This document shows positions 1 through 7,978 of a DNA stretch of 11,401 nucleotides, piece after piece. The notes beneath the pieces are model-generated. The model was given only the letters and a program-made list of their open reading frames with translations. It was not told where the DNA came from and made no database searches. Source of the DNA: Tolypothrix carrinoi HA7290-LM1 (lineage in GTDB: Bacteria > Cyanobacteriota > Cyanobacteriia > Cyanobacteriales > Nostocaceae); assembly GCA_019358935.1 (NCBI GenBank), contig JAHHIK010000173.1, positions 1-11,401 of the forward strand. Direction: 5' to 3'. A program made the position numbers and the translations under genes. Position 1 is the stretch's first letter; the number at the start of each line of letters is the position of its first letter.

Positions 1-356
1 ATCTCAAAAAACGATTAAATTACCCAAATGTCAAGCCTAGGAAAGCTTTCAAGATTATTTATATATATTTGTTTATCTTTTATTGTTAAATAAACTAACT
101 TTTTGGCATATCAATTACTGAAGAACCTAATTATAGTTGTAATTATTAGATAAAAATACGTTTTCTAATAAAGTAGTTTGAGTAACTAACATTAATTCTT
201 AAAGTTGGACATTAATTATTTAATGGACACGTGATGAAAACCAATAGCTCCTAACTATTTGGGAACGGGAGAATTCAGTACGCCTGGAAGCTACCGCTTC
301 CGCCGCTACTAAGTTCTTTGCACACCGCTCTCAAATTTAATTTAGGAGTTAAATAA

Positions 357-776
357 ATGTCAGAACACACACTGTTTGCGATCGCTTTGTTCATTTTTAT
401 CTTCTGCGTGGAGTGCATTTTTGTGGCTGATTATCGCTCATGCATGAAAAAGCAGCAATTTGAACAACCTGCTGTTGAAGACCCTAACCAGTCACGCTCA
501 TCAAAAGTGATGCTCTCAACTGCTGACATGCACTCCTTAACCAAATCAACAGTTGATAGAGAATGCTTTGTTGAGGTAAATAACCACCAGACTATGCCTT
601 TTAAACAACAAGCAAATGATATTTATGGTGGTTTTGAGACATCACTCTTTTTGGATAAAAAAGGCAAGTCTCTTACTGGGGCTGCGATTGCAGCTAGACG
701 ACAAAGGTTGGAGAAGTTGCAAAAACTAGAACAACTTTTGCTATTGAAGAAGGACATGATTGATACAACTGCGTAA
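357..776 (+). CDS. Hypothetical protein (139 aa) with N-terminal hydrophobic/TM segment and C-terminal coiled-coil-like helix
   Basis: ORF with AGGAG RBS at 344-348. N-terminus TLFAIALFIFIFCVECIFV is hydrophobic and the C-terminus RRQRLEKLQKLEQLLLL is helical. Contains a HIP1 site at 378-385. No family recognised. Confidence 0.65.
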   Translation: MSEHTLFAIALFIFIFCVECIFVADYRSCMKKQQFEQPAVEDPNQSRSSKVMLSTADMHSLTKSTVDRECFVEVNNHQTMPFKQQANDIYGGFETSLFLDKKGKSLTGAAIAARRQRLEKLQKLEQLLLLKKDMIDTTA

Positions 777-841
777 CTGACAAAATGTAAACAATCCGCA
801 CTTTTATCCCCAAGTTACAGGGTGTAAATTTAATAATTATC

Positions 842-932
842 GCGGTAATTACATTCAGTGACTAAGGGTTTGCTTGAAGGGCATATTAACCGACTCAAGA
901 TGTTGAAACAGTAGATGTATGGTCGCGCTGGC
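842..932 (+). pseudogene. ISL3-family transposase C-terminal remnant
   Basis: Manual translation from 858 gives VTKGLLEGHINRLKMLKQ*MYGRAG. This matches the ISL3 C-terminal motif (SNG.VEGHINRLKMLKRQMYGRA) with an in-frame TAG at 912-914 in place of Gln. Confidence 0.85.
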
Positions 933-942
933 AACAATAGAA

Positions 943-1421
943 GGGAGCATCGCTGCGGAGTGCAAATATAGGTGTAATTGAGGGAAGATAGTTACACTCT
1001 TTTATACGAGTGGCAAGCAGAACTACTATGAAACCTGAAGACTCGCAACGTGAGGACACGCCTGCTTGCTCAAAGCAGCAATTCTTTATCGCAATACCCC
1101 AACTGAAGAATTAACAACAAATATTGGGTTTAGAAAAAGCAGTACGCACAAAGATGAAGCGCGCAAGTAAGTCCAAAAATAGCTTTTTTCATCAAACAAA
1201 TTACAGGCACTTCAATTAGTAGAAAAAGATTAGTAAAGAGCGTTGTGGGCAAGTTATAAGTTACGGATAAACAAGCAAACATATTGGGTTGGAAGCCTTA
1301 TAGCTAGATGAGTCCACTGTTTGAGAAAAACTGTTTCCTATTGAGTAGTAATGAATCATTTCAAGTTGTAGAAAAGGACATCAAGGCATTGGCAGGGATA
1401 ATGGAAAATTCATTCTTTTAG
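943..1421 (+). mobile_element. Decayed ISKra4-like IS: putative left end plus frameshifted, stop-interrupted 5' part of transposase (ATG 1028)
   Basis: Pieces across frames read MKPEDSQR / AAILYRNTPTEELTT / LGLEKAVRTKM / QVSPKIAFFIKQITGTSISRKRLVKSVVGKL*VTDKQANILGWKPYS*MSPLFEKNCFLLSSNESFQVVEKDIKALAGI. These resemble cyanobacterial ISKra4-type transposase N-termini (recognised from memory). GGGAGCATC...TGCAAA at 943-964 resembles a degraded terminal IR. Confidence 0.75.
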
Positions 1422-1482
1422 TGGCTAATGTTATGACAGCTAACGCTGTGTTTGTAATTTAAAACATAGCGGAAAAGTCAAA

Positions 1483-2787
1483 ATGATCCAAACCCTACAA
1501 ACTGCTGATTTTAGTCTTACATCTCAACAACTCAAAGCTCTTGAGTTAATGAACGAATTTCTCAAAAGCACTAAAAACATTTTCCTTATCCTTGGATACG
1601 CTGGTACGGGAAAATCAACTATTATCTTTCAATTAATAAAGCTACTTGTTGGTAGAGGAAAGCGAATTGCCCTGACTGCACCAACTAATAAAGCAGTGAG
1701 AGTGTTACAACGTATGGCATCAAAAAATGAGATATACGGAGTAGATTTCTTCACCATTCATCAGCTTCTGGGACTTGGATTGGTAAGAAGGGGTGGCAAT
1801 AAGGTTTTAGAACAGACTGCTCCTTCCATGCTCAGTTTATTTGACCTTGTTTTCCTTGACGAATGCAGTATGGTCAACAAAGAGCTCTGGCATTGGATTA
1901 CTGAAAGTATCAGTCGGTCTTTAATCACAAATAAGCAACTAATTCTTATGGGCGATCCAGCGCAGTTGCCTCCAGTCGATGAAGTTAAATCGCTTTCCTT
2001 CAGTGTACCCAATAAAGCGATTTTAACTGAAGTTGTTCGACAAGGTACTGATAGCCCATTATTAGAATTTGTTACAGCTTGTAGAAAAGCAGTTAAAAGC
2101 CAAAAGGCTTTCAAACCTTTCTCAAAGTATTTGCCAGATAAGACTAATGGAGCATTCATGGTTAAAGAAAATACTTTGTTGAGATATGCGTTTAAGAAAG
2201 TCTCAAAAAATTTTACCCAAAACCCAGATTGCTTTCGGATTTTGTGCTGGACTAACAAGAAAGTTGATTACTACAATGCAAACATACGGGCAAAAATTTA
2301 CGGAGAAAACGCACCTAGATTTATTATTGGTGAAAGGCTAATTACCAGAAGTCCAGTTACGGCTCCTGATGGAAAATCTATTATTTTACCAACTTCAACA
2401 GAAATTGAAGTCTTGGACTTTTGTGAAGATCGATATTCTAGCTACAAAGCTTGGCAATTGAAGGTAGTGACGGATGAAAAAACAATTCGTCAAATTTACG
2501 TTTTGCATGAAGATGATACCAAAAGGTATAACAAAGATAATGCTTCATTGTTGCGAAATGCCAAAAAGAATCCTTTCTTTTGGAAAGCCTATTACAATCA
2601 TCTTGAAGTATTTGCAGATATTCGTAATTGTTATGCGCTTACCGTGCATAACAGTCAAGGCAGCACTTTTGACGAAGTGGGAATTGATGGACGTGACCTG
2701 AACAAAAACGACAAAGTTAGTGAGTGCAATCAATTGTGGTACGTCGCTGCGAGTCGTGCACGTCGTCGAGTTTTCATCGTTCATTAA
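1483..2787 (+). CDS. SF1B 5'-3' DNA helicase, Dda/RecD2-like (434 aa, no RecD2 N-terminal domain)
   Basis: Walker A GYAGTGKS, motif Ia APTNKA, TIHQLLG, Walker B DECSM, motif III GDPAQLPPV, IV LTEVVRQ, V YALTVHNSQGSTF, VI WYVAASRAR. Confidence 0.92.
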   Translation: MIQTLQTADFSLTSQQLKALELMNEFLKSTKNIFLILGYAGTGKSTIIFQLIKLLVGRGKRIALTAPTNKAVRVLQRMASKNEIYGVDFFTIHQLLGLGLVRRGGNKVLEQTAPSMLSLFDLVFLDECSMVNKELWHWITESISRSLITNKQLILMGDPAQLPPVDEVKSLSFSVPNKAILTEVVRQGTDSPLLEFVTACRKAVKSQKAFKPFSKYLPDKTNGAFMVKENTLLRYAFKKVSKNFTQNPDCFRILCWTNKKVDYYNANIRAKIYGENAPRFIIGERLITRSPVTAPDGKSIILPTSTEIEVLDFCEDRYSSYKAWQLKVVTDEKTIRQIYVLHEDDTKRYNKDNASLLRNAKKNPFFWKAYYNHLEVFADIRNCYALTVHNSQGSTFDEVGIDGRDLNKNDKVSECNQLWYVAASRARRRVFIVH

Positions 2788-2812
2788 CACCAATTAATTC
2801 AATTTTTGAGTT

Positions 2813-2903
2813 AGCGATCGCTCCCGCACGCATTGACCTTGGCATAATCTGATGAGTGAGCACAAAGGACAATTGCGCTGTGCGATCGCTACTTCTTTTT
2901 TTT
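2813..2903 (+). terminator. Long imperfect hairpin closed by two HIP1 sites and followed by a T-run; possible terminator or structured RNA
   Basis: AGCGATCGC (2813-2821) pairs with GCGATCGCT (2882-2890). Inner arms CGCATTG-A-CCTT and AAGG-A-CAATTGCG also pair. TTCTTTTTTTT follows at 2893-2903. Confidence 0.5.
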
Positions 2904-2905
2904 GC

Positions 2906-2943
2906 AAGCTGCTTACGCAGCTTTATGTCAGAATAGCTGACAT
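2906..2943. promoter_or_regulatory. Two adjacent 7-bp inverted repeats immediately upstream of dnaN
   Basis: AAGCTGC-ttac-GCAGCTT (2906-2923) and ATGTCAG-aatag-CTGACAT (2925-2943), ending 8 nt before the ATG at 2952. Confidence 0.45.
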
Positions 2944-2951
2944 GAAAGAAA

Positions 2952-4292
2952 ATGCCTAAAACACTAAAGACACAACGTTCAAAAACCTCGAAGCCAGTTG
3001 AAACACCAATTCAGCCACAGACCGAAACTGATGAGCAACCTTTAGTAGAAACTAAAGGGATACAAATAATTTGCAGTCAGAATGACCTAAGCACAAATCT
3101 GTCACTAGTCAGTCACGCTGTTCCGCAACGTCCAACACATCCAGTGCTGGCTAATGTTCTCCTGGTCGCCGATAAAACGTTGCAGCAAGTGCATCTAACC
3201 GTATTTGACCTCAGCCTGGGAATTCAAACAAGCTTTGATGCTCAAGTCCGATCGGGAGGAGAAATTACTATCCCAGTCGAAATTTTGAGTGATATTGTCG
3301 AACGCTTTCCTCAGGGCGATATCACCCTAAATAACCAAGCGGTAAAAGCAGACAAACCAGCGCAATCAGAGGAAACCGTCGAATCGTTAATTGCCACGTT
3401 GACTGCGGATTCAGGACGTTATCAGGTGCGGTGTCTTAGTGCAGAGGAATTTCCTCGCATTCCTGTAGTAACAGCACAACAGGCTATCCACCTACCAGCA
3501 GAGACTTTAAAAGAAGGATTGCGAGGTTCCTTATTTGCCACCAGCACCGACGAAACCAAACTAATCTTGACGGGTATTCATCTAAAACTGGAGCAGGATA
3601 CTTTAGAGTTTGCTGCCACAGATGGTCATCGGCTAGCAGTTCTACAATCATCAACTCAAGGCATCGCTGCAAAGAAGAAACAGTCTAACACGACTGATGA
3701 TGCACCACTGTCACTATCATTCACTGTACCCGCCAAAGCATTGCGGGAATTAGAGCGCATCCTAGAAATGCGTACTTCTACTGAGCCTGTGGCTTTGTAC
3801 TACAAACAAGAAGAAGAAATCGTCGCTTTCCAATGGGGAAAACAACGTCTGGTCAGCCGCTGTCTGCGTGAACAGTACCCAGCTTACCCAGAACTGTTAA
3901 AACACGACTTTAAGCAGCAAATAATACTCGAAAAAGTTCCCCTAGTAAAAGCCTTGGAACGGATTGCGGTACTGGCTGACAAGAAGGAAAAGACTGTCAA
4001 GCTCTACTTCAACAGTGATTTGCAACAACTTTCGCTCTTCATGGCGCGAGATTTTGGCGAAGGAGAAGAATTAATACCAGCCTGCATTTCCGGGGAAAGT
4101 TTATACATCAGCTTCAATGTCAAATATCTGCTGGACGGAGTGAAGGCAATCAAAAGCTCTGAAGTACAAATGCAACTGACTTCACCTGACGGTCCGGCAA
4201 TTCTGGTTCCCTTTGGCAATCGAGACAAACCTCATGTGCGGATAGAGGCGAAGTATTTATTAATGCCAATGTCTCAAGAATCGAAAAGTTAA
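2952..4292 (+). CDS. dnaN: DNA polymerase III beta subunit (sliding clamp), with N-terminal extension and loop insertions
   Basis: Cyanobacterial DnaN motifs ICSQNDLSTNLSLVSHAVPQRPTHPVLANVLL, FDLSLGI, EEFP, STDETKLILTGIH, ATDGHRLA, YPAYPEL, FNVKYLLDG and YLLMPM. Confidence 0.96.
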   Translation: MPKTLKTQRSKTSKPVETPIQPQTETDEQPLVETKGIQIICSQNDLSTNLSLVSHAVPQRPTHPVLANVLLVADKTLQQVHLTVFDLSLGIQTSFDAQVRSGGEITIPVEILSDIVERFPQGDITLNNQAVKADKPAQSEETVESLIATLTADSGRYQVRCLSAEEFPRIPVVTAQQAIHLPAETLKEGLRGSLFATSTDETKLILTGIHLKLEQDTLEFAATDGHRLAVLQSSTQGIAAKKKQSNTTDDAPLSLSFTVPAKALRELERILEMRTSTEPVALYYKQEEEIVAFQWGKQRLVSRCLREQYPAYPELLKHDFKQQIILEKVPLVKALERIAVLADKKEKTVKLYFNSDLQQLSLFMARDFGEGEELIPACISGESLYISFNVKYLLDGVKAIKSSEVQMQLTSPDGPAILVPFGNRDKPHVRIEAKYLLMPMSQESKS

Positions 4293-4341
4293 ATCCACTT
4301 CCACTCTTCTTTACCTCCAATGAGTCCTCAAGACTTAAAAT

Positions 4342-4501
4342 CAGGACTTACCCACTCTCTACGAATTCTTCTCTTCTCCTGTCGGAGACGCTGCGCGAAC
4401 GAGACGCTTCTCTACGAGAGGCACGCGGCTACGCAAAGGCGTTCTTGACGTCTTAGCAGTTCGATAAATTAAGGTTTTTGAGGATTTTTGCGTAAGTCCT
4501 A
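4342..4501. mobile_element. MITE-like element with (C/T)AGGACTTACGCA terminal inverted repeats, possible 5-bp target duplication and nested SDR-like hairpins
   Basis: Left AGGACTTACCCA (4343-4354) versus right TGCGTAAGTCCT (4489-4500), one mismatch. AAAAT flanks both sides (4337-4341, 4502-4506). Internal GC-rich motifs TCTCCTGTCGGAGACGCTGCGCGAACG and CTCTACGAGAG are typical of Nostoc short dispersed repeats. Confidence 0.75.
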
Positions 4502-4560
4502 AAAATGACACATTTACTCGCCCCTTAGGGGAGAATCTGAAAATTTCAACAATCACAAAA

Positions 4561-5961
4561 ATGCACACACCTTTGCACCTCAAGTACCGACCGCGCACAT
4601 TAGACGAGTTGGCAGGTCAGGAGTACGTTCAAAAAACTCTTATCAATGCGCTTCTTTCAGGCAAAATTGCCCAAGCTTATTTATTCATCGGTCCGAGAGG
4701 AACGGGTAAAACCTCGACAGCCCGGATGTTTGCGAAGTCACTAAACTGTATTTCTAGCCGTAAGTTTACCGCCCATCCCTGCGGCGAGTGTCAGTCGTGC
4801 CGCTCTATTGATAAAAGCAGCAGCTTGGATGTTGCTGAAATTGATGCGGCTAGCAACAATGGGGTCGATGATGCCCGCAGTTTGATCGAGCGTAGCAGTT
4901 TTGCCCCAGCAATAGGGCGCTATCGAATTTTCATTTTGGATGAATGCCATCAACTCACAGCACAGTCTCAAAATACGCTTCTTAAGTGCATTGAAGAACC
5001 ACCCGCACACGTAGTATTTATTCTCTGCACAACGGAACCTCACAAAGTTCTGCCGACAATTACAAGCCGATGCCAAGTATTTAACTTTCGTGCTTTGTCC
5101 ATTAGCGCTATTGTAGAGCAACTTCGGTTCGTAGCCCAAAAAGAATCTATTGCGATCGCTGATGAAGCAGTGCGTGCGATCGCACGCACGGCTGACGGTG
5201 GATTAAGAGATGCTTTACAGCTATTAGATCAGCTGAGTCTTTTGGGAGTTGAGATTACTAAAAGCCACGTTCTTGAACTTTCAGGAAGTGTGGCAGAATC
5301 GGACTTGGTGGCAATCCTCGAAGCGATAAAGATTGGCAATATATTCGGGCTGTTGCAATTATCTCGCTCGCTCCTAGACAACGGCAAAACACCCAAACTG
5401 ATTTTGAGCAATTTGCTCACCATCTACCGCGACTTGCTTGTAGTTATGGCTTCCCCAAAAAGCCAAAACCTGATTACTGGGGCAATCAGCTACTCCCAAC
5501 TCAAACAACTGGCGACTCCTTGGGATTACGAGGCAATCAGTGCAGGGCTTACTCAGTTGCAAAAATCGGAAAACCAACTTCGCAATGCAGCCCAACCTCA
5601 CCTTTGGCTTGAAGTCTGCTTGCTAGGACTGGTTATAACGCGATCTGATCATAGCAACAACTCAAACAACGGCAACGGCTCAAAGACTGCATTGAATTCC
5701 AAAAGAAAATCTCAGCCGAAAGTTCCAACGAATAACCTGACTGCTATTTGGAACAAAGTACTAGAGTTAGCAACACCTAACAATCGTTCTTTGCTGACAC
5801 ATGCTGAACTTGTTGAATTGAAGAGTGACTTTGCTGTCATAACAGTCGAAGCAAAATATTTCCACAAATTTAATTGCAATGCCGAAAAGGTCGAGAAAAT
5901 GTTCCAGAAAGCTACTGGAGCAAGAGTGACTGTATCAATTAAGGAGCGTCGCGTTAAATGA
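4561..5961 (+). CDS. dnaX: DNA polymerase III gamma/tau subunit (clamp-loader ATPase), 466 aa, intein-free
   Basis: KYRP N-terminus, Walker A GPRGTGKT, Zn site C..PCGECQSC, EIDAASNNGVD, Walker B DECH, LLKCIEEPP, SRC motif, ADGGLRDALQLLDQL. Confidence 0.97.
   Translation: MHTPLHLKYRPRTLDELAGQEYVQKTLINALLSGKIAQAYLFIGPRGTGKTSTARMFAKSLNCISSRKFTAHPCGECQSCRSIDKSSSLDVAEIDAASNNGVDDARSLIERSSFAPAIGRYRIFILDECHQLTAQSQNTLLKCIEEPPAHVVFILCTTEPHKVLPTITSRCQVFNFRALSISAIVEQLRFVAQKESIAIADEAVRAIARTADGGLRDALQLLDQLSLLGVEITKSHVLELSGSVAESDLVAILEAIKIGNIFGLLQLSRSLLDNGKTPKLILSNLLTIYRDLLVVMASPKSQNLITGAISYSQLKQLATPWDYEAISAGLTQLQKSENQLRNAAQPHLWLEVCLLGLVITRSDHSNNSNNGNGSKTALNSKRKSQPKVPTNNLTAIWNKVLELATPNNRSLLTHAELVELKSDFAVITVEAKYFHKFNCNAEKVEKMFQKATGARVTVSIKERRVK
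5170..5189. repeat. Perfect 20-bp palindrome centred on a HIP1 site within dnaX
   Basis: GTGCGTGCGATCGCACGCAC; a second HIP1 lies at 5152-5159. Confidence 0.8.
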
Positions 5962-6923
5962 TTACACTGCTAATTGGCAACGATCAATACGCTATCAAAA
6001 AAAAACTTACGTCTTTCAAAAGCGCTCTCGACCCAGCTTGGACAACCTTTAACTACCACCGATTTCCTCAATCGTCCCTCAGTGATGCTATTGACTGTGC
6101 TTTGACGATCCCATTCGGCACTTTAAAAGCAAAGTTAATTGTCGTAGAAGATTGCAACTTTAAGCAATTTGACGACGACATGCTGAAAACTCTCAGCCTT
6201 CTTCCACAAATACCGGACTTCTCCCACTTGGTGTTTGTTGCACCGTCCTTTGACAAGCGGCTGAAGGTTTCCAAATTGTTAATTTCACACAGCAAGCTTT
6301 TGGAATTCATGCTGATCCCGCCGTGGCGCACCGATTTAATTGCTCAGTCTATATCGTCACAAGCTAAATCCCTAAAGCTGCTGCTCGACACTAACACAGT
6401 TGATTATTTGGCTCAAGCTATTGGGAATGATTTAACCCGTGCAGAATCGGAATTGCAAAAACTCACCATCTATGGAGAAGGTCGCCGCCTTACCAATGCC
6501 GAAGTGCAGGCGCTGGTTCCATCACAGACTCAAAACAGCCTCCAGTTAGCCGAAGCTATCCGAGAAAACAATCCCAGAAAGGCGATGACTCTGCTCGATG
6601 AACTTCTGGCGAGTGCCGAATTCCCACTGGTGATTTGTGCAACGCTCTCCACTCAGTTCCGAACGTGGCTTTGGGTTAAAACAGTGATCGTTTCTGGAGT
6701 TAAACTTGACGGTGAAATAGCCAAAGTCTGTCAAATTGCCAATCCAAAGCGAGTTTATTTTCTCAAAAAAGAAGTGGCAGCGACATCTGAATTAGCTCTC
6801 GCTCAAGCTGTAACATTACTGCTTGAGTTGGAAGTGTCCCTCAAACTAGGAGCAAAAGCAGATTTTATGCTGCCCTCAATACTTACAATTGCACGATTAT
6901 TTCAACCAGTCCAATCGACGTAA
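5958..6923 (+). CDS. holA: DNA polymerase III delta subunit (clamp loader), translationally coupled to dnaX
   Basis: ATGA overlap with the dnaX stop. Cyanobacterial HolA-like motifs LLIGNDQYAI, DPAWTTFNY, ALTIPFG, DKRLK, IPPW, LAQAIGNDLTRAESELQKL, QFRTWLWVK, IANPKRVYFL. Confidence 0.93.
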   Translation: MITLLIGNDQYAIKKKLTSFKSALDPAWTTFNYHRFPQSSLSDAIDCALTIPFGTLKAKLIVVEDCNFKQFDDDMLKTLSLLPQIPDFSHLVFVAPSFDKRLKVSKLLISHSKLLEFMLIPPWRTDLIAQSISSQAKSLKLLLDTNTVDYLAQAIGNDLTRAESELQKLTIYGEGRRLTNAEVQALVPSQTQNSLQLAEAIRENNPRKAMTLLDELLASAEFPLVICATLSTQFRTWLWVKTVIVSGVKLDGEIAKVCQIANPKRVYFLKKEVAATSELALAQAVTLLLELEVSLKLGAKADFMLPSILTIARLFQPVQST

Positions 6924-7014
6924 CTTGAAACTGCACTCTTCTTATCCAGAAATTAGGTTTTGACCCTTGCTGTACAAGGCTTTGATAGTCATTTGCCGAT
7001 ATGTTTACTGATAA

Positions 7015-7046
7015 CCTCTTTCCATCCGACTAAAGGTGGAAAGAGG
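7015..7046. terminator. Strong stem-loop downstream of holA (possible terminator/processing site)
   Basis: CCTCTTTCCATC (7015-7026) pairs with GGTGGAAAGAGG (7035-7046): 12-bp stem with one G-U pair. No clear U-tract. Confidence 0.45.
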
Positions 7047-7288
7047 CAACATCCGTCGTAAGATAAAAATAGTTGATGCAATGCCAGAAATAAATTTTGA
7101 TCGAATGCCCCATCTTTCCCTGGAGAGTCCTTTGATCCCGCCGCCAAATCTGCATATTATGGCAGGGAAATTACTTCTTCCCAGACCTCACACAAGTTAA
7201 ATAATAGTTCAGCTTGGCTTTGATGTGGTAAATTTCAAGCTAACCTCCAACAATAAATAAACCACTTTACTGAATATCAAACGAACAT

Positions 7289-7308
7289 ATTGCTATTCAA
7301 ATAGCAAT
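7289..7308. promoter_or_regulatory. Inverted repeat upstream of parA; candidate autoregulatory operator
   Basis: ATTGCTATT-ca-AATAGCAAT, 28 nt before the parA ATG, in an AT-rich promoter-like region. Confidence 0.55.
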
Positions 7309-7336
7309 TTTCAATTACCATTTTGACATTCTGACC

Positions 7337-7978
7337 ATGATTGTATCCTTCACAAATCAAAAGGGAGGGGTCGGCAAATCAACGGCTGCTGTTCATATGA
7401 CCTACTGGCTTAACCAGCGGGGATCGGCACTGTTAGTTGATTCCGATGCTCAACAAAGTAGTTCCACCTGGCTAAAAAACTTGAATCTACCCTACCAAAT
7501 AATCAGCGATCCAGAAGAGTTATTTGAAACCCTGCCAGCGCTTGCCCAACAACACTCAGCCATAGTTATTGACGGTCCAGGTAGTCTCAGTGAAGTAACC
7601 AAAGCAATACTCGCTCGGTCTGACCTGGCACTTGTGCCGTGTCAACCTTCTGGTCTTGACCTCCACAGCAGCAGCAAGATTCTCAGGTTTATTCGGCACG
7701 CTCAGGAATTGAGAGGAGGAATGCCCAAAGCAGCTATGTTCCTCAGCCGCGCTACTAAGGGGACTGTGTTGTTGCAGGAGTCTAGGGAAGTTCTCAAGGG
7801 AAATCCCTTTCCCCTCCTTTCCACCACAATTTACCAACGCCAGTGTCTCGCTGATGCCCCAGGACAGGAGAAAACTGTTTTTCAAATGTCAGGAGCAGCA
7901 GCCAAAGAGGCAGCCAAAGATTATGAGTCTCTGTTCAAAGAATCTCTGGAGGTTCTCAATGACCGCATCAAGGCGTAG
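7337..7978 (+). CDS. parA: ParA-family partition ATPase (short form, no N-terminal HTH)
   Basis: Deviant Walker A NQKGGVGKST, LVDSDAQQS, Walker B VIDGPGS, SDLALVPCQPS; directly upstream of and overlapping parB. Confidence 0.94.
   Translation: MIVSFTNQKGGVGKSTAAVHMTYWLNQRGSALLVDSDAQQSSSTWLKNLNLPYQIISDPEELFETLPALAQQHSAIVIDGPGSLSEVTKAILARSDLALVPCQPSGLDLHSSSKILRFIRHAQELRGGMPKAAMFLSRATKGTVLLQESREVLKGNPFPLLSTTIYQRQCLADAPGQEKTVFQMSGAAAKEAAKDYESLFKESLEVLNDRIKA

Noticed and set aside
2849..2870. CTGATGAG resembling a hammerhead ribozyme core
   Set aside because: No stem II followed by the required GAAA (the sequence reads CACAAAGG), and no matching stems I/III.
4026..4040. QLSLF, a perfect clamp-binding consensus, inside DnaN itself
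   Set aside because: It aligns to a core beta-strand of clamp domain III, so it is probably buried and coincidental.
4359..4598. 79-aa minus-strand ORF
   Set aside because: It runs across the MITE and the dnaX start; a by-product of repeat sequence.
5997..6005. A9 tract at the start of holA as a slippage or phase-variation site
   Set aside because: The frame is intact (IKKKL), A-runs are common in this AT-rich DNA, and it lies outside dnaX, so it cannot produce gamma/tau isoforms.
7854..7958. Longer N-terminus of ParB given in the ORF track
   Set aside because: It overlaps parA by 125 nt; the ATG at 7959 has a GGAGG RBS and gives a typical ParB length.
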